A stretch of DNA of 64,000 bases, taken from an uncultured Gammaproteobacteria bacterium (lineage in GTDB: Bacteria > Patescibacteriota > Patescibacteriia > UBA1558 > GWA2-36-10). A program made the position numbers and the translations under genes. Below are positions 57,495 through 64,000 of the stretch, one piece after another (the first letter of the stretch is position 1; the number at the start of each line of letters is the position of its first letter). The notes beneath the pieces were generated by a model, which did not search any database, had not been told where the DNA came from, and saw nothing but the letters and a program-made list of their open reading frames with translations. Location of the stretch: NCBI GenBank assembly GCA_964604515.1, contig CAZRZA010000001.1, positions 16,243 to 80,242 on the forward strand, in the 5' to 3' direction.

Positions 57495-58301
57495 TTAATA
57501 GTTTAAAATAGTACAAAGCTCTTCTACTGTATTTATATTATTACTATCAATATCACTGATAATTATGTCTGTTAAACAAAGTTCTGTGTTTTCTATACTT
57601 AAAGTATCAAAACTTAAATTAGTAAGGACACCATTAGCAGTCTCTATGCTATTACCTACGGTTGAAAATCCTAAAATAATATTTGTTCCTTCTCCAACCA
57701 TAATATCTATATCATATTCATCAACTAAGCCTCCAAAAGCTCCTATAGCTACTAATTGATCATTTATTGATTCTAAATCAAATTGAAAACCAGCTACTAC
57801 TAAATTACTGTTTATAAGTATCTCTATAGTACTATTTTCATAATCAACTTGACCAAAGGATAAGTAAGTGCCGCTTTCGCTACCACTATCATCAGAATTA
57901 TCACCATCCTCTTCATTGTTGTTTTCTTGATTTTCATCTTCTTGGTTTTCATTATTATCTTCTGATTCATTTGTTTCTGAATCATTATTACTTTCTTCGC
58001 TTTCTTCTGATTCATTTGTTTCTGAATCATCACTAATATTTTCATCTCCAATATTAGTATCTTCTTGCTGATAATCATTCATATCGGCTACATTAGCACT
58101 TTCTTCATTGTTATTATCGGTATTATTATTTACCGGCACAAGTCTCTTTGGGCTGTCATCTTCTAAAGAAGAACAATCTGAGCCTTTTAAACAAATAGGT
58201 GCTTTTTCTTTAATCTTTTTATTAATATTTAACTTTTTTACTTCGGAAGTACATCCAGTTAATAGTATAACTATAATAAAAAGTAAAATAACTTTTTTCA
58301 T
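57495..58301 (-). CDS. acidic low-complexity lipoprotein
   Basis: Lipobox LLTGCTS; long D/E/N/S-rich tract; beta-rich C-terminus. Confidence 0.5.
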   Translation of the reverse strand: MKKVILLFIIVILLTGCTSEVKKLNINKKIKEKAPICLKGSDCSSLEDDSPKRLVPVNNNTDNNNEESANVADMNDYQQEDTNIGDENISDDSETNESEESEESNNDSETNESEDNNENQEDENQENNNEEDGDNSDDSGSESGTYLSFGQVDYENSTIEILINSNLVVAGFQFDLESINDQLVAIGAFGGLVDEYDIDIMVGEGTNIILGFSTVGNSIETANGVLTNLSFDTLSIENTELCLTDIIISDIDSNNINTVEELCTILNY

Positions 58302-58455
58302 ATTTTTTTAATTAATTTTTAGTCACAAATATAAAGACGAGCTTTTATAGGTATTATTACACCTAATATATTGCTAAATTATAACTAATATGTTATACAT
58401 ATAAATCAATTAATAATGATTGATATCACTGTACATTAACAAAAAAGGAGAAAAA

Positions 58456-59178
58456 ATGAATAAAAATAATATTATTATTCCTCTTGAAATAAATGGAGAG
58501 GGGCTCAGTATTGGTATAAAAGACATAAGCAAAGTATCTTCTTATAGAACTGGCGACTTAGTGATGAAAAAGGGTAAGTTTATTAAAAATATCCTGATAC
58601 TTACTGAGGGGGTGGCTCAATATGTTATGAAAATAAAAAAGAAAGAGGTTGGCTTAAGAGCGCTTTTTTCACCCTGTATTATCAATGACATTAGTTTTAT
58701 ATTAAATAATAAAAAAAAGAAGAAAATAAGAAAAAGTGTTAGGATGCTTACTCCTGGTAAAGTTTTCTATATCAACTCGGAGTCTTTAATATCAAGGGAC
58801 AAAGACTTTAATGCTGTTTCATCGATGGTTTTACTTCAACATTTAATAAAATTAAGAAGAGATGCGTTTGATACTATAGAAACAATATATGATTCTGATG
58901 AAAAAAAGATAGGAGGATTTTTGCTACTATTATCCAAAAAAAGAGGGACAACAGTTAATCATAGTGAAAAATGGAAAAAAGTAAAAATTAATATTCCTAT
59001 AACTGAGGAAGTATTATCAAAAATATTAAATATACCGGAAACATCTGTATATAAAATATTAATAAATCTTGAAAAAGGAGGTTACTTAAAAAGGTCGGGT
59101 AATAGCTGTACATTATTATATTATTCAAGGTGGAATTTTCTTTTCCGCGATGACTACCAAAAAGCTCTATCTATATAA
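58456..59178 (+). CDS. Crp/Fnr-family transcriptional regulator
   Basis: cNMP-binding-like N-domain, C-terminal HTH (ITEEVLSKILNIPETSVYKILINLEKGGYL); start at MNKNN with AAAGGAG SD. Confidence 0.7.
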   Translation: MNKNNIIIPLEINGEGLSIGIKDISKVSSYRTGDLVMKKGKFIKNILILTEGVAQYVMKIKKKEVGLRALFSPCIINDISFILNNKKKKKIRKSVRMLTPGKVFYINSESLISRDKDFNAVSSMVLLQHLIKLRRDAFDTIETIYDSDEKKIGGFLLLLSKKRGTTVNHSEKWKKVKINIPITEEVLSKILNIPETSVYKILINLEKGGYLKRSGNSCTLLYYSRWNFLFRDDYQKALSI

Positions 59179-59285
59179 GATGGGGCTTTTTTATTTAAAA
59201 AGAAAAGGCGAGAAACATATCTTTCCTTTTGTTTATCTAATACTAATCTCCCTATAATAAACAAAAATAAATTCTCGCCTTTTAA

Positions 59286-59306
59286 TTGACATATTAAATA
59301 TGTCAA
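59286..59306. promoter_or_regulatory. perfect 21-bp palindrome TTGACATATT-A-AATATGTCAA (candidate operator)
   Basis: Located between crp-family gene and NSS transporter gene; preceded by long-range stem aaaaggcgagaa...ttctcgcctttt (59203-59283). Confidence 0.35.
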
Positions 59307-59520
59307 TAAAATTTTGAGAGACACGACTTCTCCTCTAATTATAATAAAATAACATTATAATTATCGTATCTCTCATTGTGAAAGAACAGTATTAGCAATT
59401 AATATAATTACTAATATTAATAATATACCATAATAATAATCTTTTGTCAATGAAATATCTATTTTACTAACTAGATATCATTATGCTATACTTTTATTAT
59501 AATAATTAACCTATAAAACT

Positions 59521-61029
59521 ATGAGTGAAAGACATCATTGGCCAAGTAAATGGATTTTTATATTGGCCGCTATTGGTTCCGCAGCTGGTTTAGGTAATTT
59601 ATGGAGATTTCCTTATTTAGCTTATGAACATGGTGGTGGTACCTTTTTATTAGTTATTCTTTTAGCTAATTTAATTGTTGGTATTCCCCTTCTTTTAGCT
59701 GAAGTAGCTATTGGACAAAAAATGCAAAAAGCTGCTCCTGATGCTTTAGAAAAAATACAAAAAGGTTTTCGTTATATTGGTTGGACTATGGTCACCTTTG
59801 GCTTCTTTGTTGTTAGTTACTATGTCTCTGTTATGGCTTGGGGACTAGATTATATAGTAGGCTCTTTTTCTTTGCCTACTTGGGCCGCTAATACTAAAGG
59901 ATATTTCTTTGAAAATATCTTACAATTATCTGAAGGACCAGGTGTTATGGGTGGTTTTTCTTGGCCTGTCTTAATTGGCGCCTTAGTAGCTTGGGTTGCT
60001 ATTTACTTTTCAATTTGGAAAGGTGTTAAAAGTGTTAGTAAAGTTGTCGTTTGGACGGCTACTTTACCTTTCTTATTCTTAGCTATCTTAATTATTAGGG
60101 CCGTAACTTTAGATGGCTCTGCTGCTGGTTTACAACTATTCTTTGTTCCTGATTGGAGTGCTTTAGGTAATAAAGAATTATGGTTAGCAGCATTCTCACA
60201 AGTTTTCTTTAGTCTCTCTGTTGCCTTTGGTATTATGATGGCTTATGGTAGTTATCAACCGAAAAGATCAGAATTAACAAAAAGTATTGTTTATATAACT
60301 ATTGGTAATTTCTTAGTTTCCTTTATGTCTGGTATTGTTGTTTTTGGCACTTTAGGTTATATGGCTTTACAACAAGGTGTTGGTGTTGCTGATGTCTTTA
60401 CCGGTGGTCCTGGTTTAGCTTTTATAGTATTCCCTCAAGCAATATCCCTCTTACCTTCTTTCTCTGTCTTATTTGCTATTCTTTTCTTTGCTATGTTCTT
60501 CCTTTTAGCTTTAGACAGTGCTTTTTCATTAATAGAGGGTTTATCAGCTCCTTTCCGTGATCGTTATCCTAGTCTTTCTACTAAAAAGATTTCCTTTTAT
60601 GTTTGTTTAGCCTCTTTCTTGGCTGGTTTATTATATACTACTAAAGCTGGTTTATATTATTTAGATATTACAGATCATTTCTTAGTTAATTACGGCATTA
60701 CTATCATGGGCTTCCTCTTATCTATTATTGTTGGCTGGATTTGGAAAGGTGATGATTTAAAAAACTTTATTAATGAACACTCTGATTGGAAAGTAGGTTC
60801 TTTATGGAGCCTAGCTTTAAAGTTTGTTATTCCTCTTTTCTTAATAGTTCTTTTCTTTATTAATTTTACTACTGAATTTAAAGCACCCTATGAAGGTTAT
60901 CCTGTTTGGTCTTTATTAGTATTTGGTTTAGGACCATTAATATTGGCTCCAATTATTGCTGTTATATTGGATAAATTAACTAGTAAAAAAGAAGATAGCT
61001 CTTCTGAAGACTTTCCTTCTGACTTTTAA
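59521..61029 (+). CDS. sodium-dependent transporter, NSS (SNF) family
   Basis: GLGNLWRFPYL... signature, 11-12 TM. Confidence 0.85.
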   Translation: MSERHHWPSKWIFILAAIGSAAGLGNLWRFPYLAYEHGGGTFLLVILLANLIVGIPLLLAEVAIGQKMQKAAPDALEKIQKGFRYIGWTMVTFGFFVVSYYVSVMAWGLDYIVGSFSLPTWAANTKGYFFENILQLSEGPGVMGGFSWPVLIGALVAWVAIYFSIWKGVKSVSKVVVWTATLPFLFLAILIIRAVTLDGSAAGLQLFFVPDWSALGNKELWLAAFSQVFFSLSVAFGIMMAYGSYQPKRSELTKSIVYITIGNFLVSFMSGIVVFGTLGYMALQQGVGVADVFTGGPGLAFIVFPQAISLLPSFSVLFAILFFAMFFLLALDSAFSLIEGLSAPFRDRYPSLSTKKISFYVCLASFLAGLLYTTKAGLYYLDITDHFLVNYGITIMGFLLSIIVGWIWKGDDLKNFINEHSDWKVGSLWSLALKFVIPLFLIVLFFINFTTEFKAPYEGYPVWSLLVFGLGPLILAPIIAVILDKLTSKKEDSSSEDFPSDF

Positions 61030-61048
61030 TAAATACTATTGCGTATAT

Positions 61049-61077
61049 AAAAAACACCTTTTTAAAAGGTGTTTTTT
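61049..61077. terminator. bidirectional terminator
   Basis: aaaaaacacctttt-taaaaggtgtttttt. Confidence 0.6.
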
Positions 61078-61094
61078 ATTCTTAAACTATTTTA

Positions 61095-61571
61095 CTATTC
61101 TTGCCAGTAAACACTTGAACCATGCTCACTTAAAGAATAAACATTAAAAGTACCTGCTTTAGCTCCAGACATACCAGGAGATCCCAGGGGCATCCCTGCT
61201 AAAGCTATGCCTTTAATATCTGGCTGTTCTTCTAATAGCTTATCAATGGCTGCAAATGGTACATGTCCTTCAACAACATAATCGCCAAAAACTGAAGTAT
61301 GACATGATTCCATATTACTGGGTATTCCGTATTCTTCTTTAATACTAGCCATATTATTTGTTTCTACAACATCAACAGCATAGCCATCTTCTTCTAATAA
61401 AGAAATGTAATTAGCGCAACAACCACAAGAGGGTGATTTATAAACAGTTACTTTTTGCTGAGAACTATTTATCTCTTCTTCAAAAGTTATTTCTTCTGGT
61501 ATAGAAGAAGTATTTAAATAAATAATTGTCATTACTATAACCGCTAAGGCTAATAAATTTATTTTTTTCAT
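61095..61571 (-). CDS. DUF411/CopG-like periplasmic metal-binding protein
   Basis: Signal peptide; SPSCGCC motif, Met/His-rich C-terminal part. Confidence 0.6.
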   Translation of the reverse strand: MKKINLLALAVIVMTIIYLNTSSIPEEITFEEEINSSQQKVTVYKSPSCGCCANYISLLEEDGYAVDVVETNNMASIKEEYGIPSNMESCHTSVFGDYVVEGHVPFAAIDKLLEEQPDIKGIALAGMPLGSPGMSGAKAGTFNVYSLSEHGSSVYWQE

Positions 61572-61589
61572 AAATATATTATTTAATTC

Positions 61590-62123
61590 TTATTTACCAT
61601 TTTTACAAAGTGAAGGATTAGAAATCTTATCAAGAAAAATATGAATTGAGAAAAGTAATAAAATTATACCTAAAAAAGCAAACTCTAAACCCCTAAAAGG
61701 TAATATACTTAAAAATCCTATCGTAGCTGAAAAGCCAAAAATAGAGGTCAATATTACTGACCCACAAGCAGCACAACCAAATCCTAAAATACCAAAAATA
61801 CTACCTGCTAAACCAGTCCCTAAAGATCTCTCTTTTTTAATTCTTCTTTTAAGGTAAAAAACTAATAAAGCAAAATTTAAACCACTTAATATTGCTAAAA
61901 TTAATAGTAAGAATCGAGATATTAGCGTAGAATTATAAATAAAAAAATCAAATACAATTCCTGGTATTTTAAATAAATTACCTTGTGCTAATAATTTTAC
62001 TAAATTATAACTAGGAATAATAGTAGCTATTACAAAAAATAATAAAGTAATAAAAAAAGCTAAAATTATATACTTATAATCTCTAAAAACTAATTTAAAT
62101 GCTTTAAAGCTTTCTTTAATCAT
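61590..62123 (-). CDS. polytopic membrane protein with intramembrane CAAC pair (possible thiol-disulfide/metal partner of adjacent DsbA-like protein)
   Basis: 177 aa, 4-5 TM, GFGCAACGSV. Confidence 0.4.
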   Translation of the reverse strand: MIKESFKAFKLVFRDYKYIILAFFITLLFFVIATIIPSYNLVKLLAQGNLFKIPGIVFDFFIYNSTLISRFLLLILAILSGLNFALLVFYLKRRIKKERSLGTGLAGSIFGILGFGCAACGSVILTSIFGFSATIGFLSILPFRGLEFAFLGIILLLFSIHIFLDKISNPSLCKNGK

Positions 62124-62129
62124 CTTTGA

Positions 62130-62882
62130 TTATAACAAAGGATCAAGCATCTCTTTTATTCTTTCAAATGGTAAGGCACCTGGGATAACAATTTCTTGAT
62201 CACCCTTTATAATAACACTATAAGGAGTTCCTTTTGCTCCCGCTGCTTGTCCTTGAGCCATATGATCTTTAACTTTATCATTATACTTACCAGAGTCTAA
62301 GCATTCTTGAAATTGATTAATATTTAAATTAATGTCTTCAGCAATATCAGTTAACTGACTGTCTTCTAATCTATTATTAGCTGGTGTAATTTCAAACAAT
62401 CTATCTAGATACGCCCAGAAAGTATCATTACCACCTTGATCTCCAGCGCATTCTGTTGCCTCCGATTCTCGAACAGCCTTAGAGTGTAAAGCGGTTAAAG
62501 GAAAATGTCGATAAACCCAGTTTACTTGTCCCTGATAATTATCTACTACTTGATTCATAGTATCATGAAATCTCTTACAAAAAGGACATTCTGTATCTGA
62601 GAATTCAATAATACTTATCGCTGCATTTCTATCTCCCTTTACCCAGTCTTCATCGCTAAGACCCCCTATATTTATGTCTGTTGCTACTACCGGTGAAGGA
62701 GCGATGGCCTTGGGAGCATTATTATCATTACCCTTAATGCTAAGGGGACTATCTTTTTCATCATTAACAATGATACCCAAGAGAACAAAGAAGCCAATAA
62801 TAAAAGCTACGGCTAAACCACTAACTATTCCTGTCTTAAAAGCTCCTTTCGGGCTTAAATTATTTATTAAATTTTTTTCCAT
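62130..62882 (-). CDS. DsbA-family thiol:disulfide oxidoreductase (membrane-anchored)
   Basis: Thioredoxin fold CPFC active site (SDTECPFCKRFH). Confidence 0.8.
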   Translation of the reverse strand: MEKNLINNLSPKGAFKTGIVSGLAVAFIIGFFVLLGIIVNDEKDSPLSIKGNDNNAPKAIAPSPVVATDINIGGLSDEDWVKGDRNAAISIIEFSDTECPFCKRFHDTMNQVVDNYQGQVNWVYRHFPLTALHSKAVRESEATECAGDQGGNDTFWAYLDRLFEITPANNRLEDSQLTDIAEDINLNINQFQECLDSGKYNDKVKDHMAQGQAAGAKGTPYSVIIKGDQEIVIPGALPFERIKEMLDPLL

Positions 62883-62939
62883 ATAATTTGTTTAATTCTT
62901 AAATAAAAAACACTCATAAACTAAAAGTTAAAATAAAAA

Positions 62940-63323
62940 CTAATATACTTTAGGATGTAATATTCCTTTTTTAAATAAAATAATAAAATAATAAAATAAC
63001 TTAGACCTTTTCCACCTATTATACCTTTTTAAATACTTACTAAATATTCTACTATATTCTTTATTATCTCTAATATAAAAACAAATAAACACTACCATTG
63101 CTAGTGCTTGTAATATATTATTAGTTTCTAGAATAAAAGGAATATTATGAGAATTACTTCCAAAAATATAAGCATCTTCGCAACAGGGAGCCATTTTACT
63201 AGCATGACTATTTCCTGCTTCTATAGCAAAACTCTGTAAAGCAAAGATACAACTAAAAATAGTTGTTAATAAAAAACCAAATATTACTATACTAGTAATT
63301 ATATTTTGTTTTCCTTTTTTCAT
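62940..63323 (-). CDS. small membrane protein with APCCE motif
   Basis: 127 aa, 2-3 TM; Cys pair. Confidence 0.4.
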   Translation of the reverse strand: MKKGKQNIITSIVIFGFLLTTIFSCIFALQSFAIEAGNSHASKMAPCCEDAYIFGSNSHNIPFILETNNILQALAMVVFICFYIRDNKEYSRIFSKYLKRYNRWKRSKLFYYFIILFKKGILHPKVY

Positions 63324-63368
63324 CTCTATATGATATCATAAAATTATAAATTATTAAAGAATAAAAAT

Positions 63369-63815
63369 ATGAAAATTATTTCTCCTGCCTTTAAAAATAA
63401 TACTCTCCTAGCTAGTAAATATACTTGTGACGGTGAAGATATTAACCCTCCTTTGGAATTTCAGGATATTCCTGAGAACACAAAGAGTCTAGTCTTGATC
63501 ATGGATGATCCTGATGCCATAAAACCAGCAGGTAAAGTTTGGGATCATTGGTTAGTTTTTAATATTCCTCCTGAAACTAAGAAAATAGAAGAAAATAAAG
63601 AACCAGAAGGCATTCATGGCCTAGGAACAAGTGATAATTTAGACTATCATGGTCCTTGTCCTCCTGATGGTCAGCATAGATACTTCTTTAAATTATATGC
63701 TTTAGATATTAAATTAAATTTAAATGAAGGTATTACTAAAAAAGAAATAGAAATAGCCTTAAAAGATAATATTATAGAACAAGCAGAATTAATTGGTTTA
63801 TATCAAAAAAAATAG
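63369..63815 (+). CDS. YbhB/YbcL-family PEBP (Raf kinase inhibitor-like) protein
   Basis: DPDA...HW, GPCPPDG..HRY PEBP motifs. Confidence 0.85.
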   Translation: MKIISPAFKNNTLLASKYTCDGEDINPPLEFQDIPENTKSLVLIMDDPDAIKPAGKVWDHWLVFNIPPETKKIEENKEPEGIHGLGTSDNLDYHGPCPPDGQHRYFFKLYALDIKLNLNEGITKKEIEIALKDNIIEQAELIGLYQKK

Positions 63816-63895
63816 TTTATTGATAAAATATAAAAAACATGTTATTAATTAATTATTAATCAATAAGGATTAATAGTACATTAAAAAGGAGAGAC

Positions 63896-64000
63896 ATGAA
63901 AAATACAAAAACTATAATTAATGGTATAAAGTATTTACCTCATCATAATGGCAATGGTTTAGTAGCAGAAACAGCTTCAGTAGCTGATATATGTTATATA
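63896..64000 (+). CDS. hypothetical protein, 5' fragment (continues beyond window)
   Basis: AAAAGGAGAGAC-ATG then open frame MKNTKTIINGIKYLPHHNGNGLVAETASVADICYI to window end. Confidence 0.4.
   Translation, partial: MKNTKTIINGIKYLPHHNGNGLVAETASVADICYI

Noticed and set aside
1-64000. CRISPR arrays, rRNA genes, IS elements/transposases
   Set aside because: No regularly spaced direct repeats were seen. There are no long GC-enriched rRNA-like segments. No DDE or IS-type transposase motifs occur in any frame. The only recombinase is the Xer-like gene.
1-64000. Alternative genetic code (UGA recoding as in some CPR lineages)
   Set aside because: leuS, infB, pnp, rny and the 2580-aa ORF are all uninterrupted under the standard code with expected lengths.

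Overview
The window is 64 kb of very AT-rich DNA that looks like a bacterial chromosome. GC is roughly in the mid-to-high 20s percent, judged by eye from homopolymer A/T tracts and codon usage. It carries about 70 tightly packed genes, mostly on the minus strand, often with 1-10 nt gaps or short overlaps, and many of the 3' ends have hairpin plus U-run terminators that are frequently bidirectional.

Core housekeeping genes recognised from motifs: efp, rpsR, ssb, rpsF, rsmA/ksgA, tsaC(yrdC), leuS, nrnA, rbfA, infB, rny, ymdB-like, hup, lspA, a dksA/traR-family gene, pnp, rpsO and tRNA-Ile(GAU).

Accessory and envelope content: a T4SS-like module (VirB4-like ATPase fragment, PrgI-family protein, VirB6/TrbL-like protein with a long low-complexity tail) around a 2580-aa cysteine-rich secreted giant protein; a 1001-aa Fn3-repeat cell-wall protein with peptidoglycan-binding domain; a LysM-M23 peptidase; a prepilin-LamG protein; a Xer-like recombinase plus Smr plus a run of small orphan genes; a sensor kinase with a substrate-binding protein; a Crp-family regulator next to an NSS transporter; and a periplasmic thiol/copper module.

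Two unusually long noncoding gaps (40619-41345 and 42128-42677) contain promoter- and terminator-delimited transcripts. The first holds a 52-aa hydrophobic ORF and a GC-rich attenuator-like leader.

Gene content and style suggest an uncultivated small-genome lineage such as Candidate Phyla Radiation/Patescibacteria; this is inference only. Standard genetic code works, since the long conserved genes are uninterrupted. Coordinates of features I derived by hand (hairpins, small ORFs, tRNA) are approximate to a few nt.
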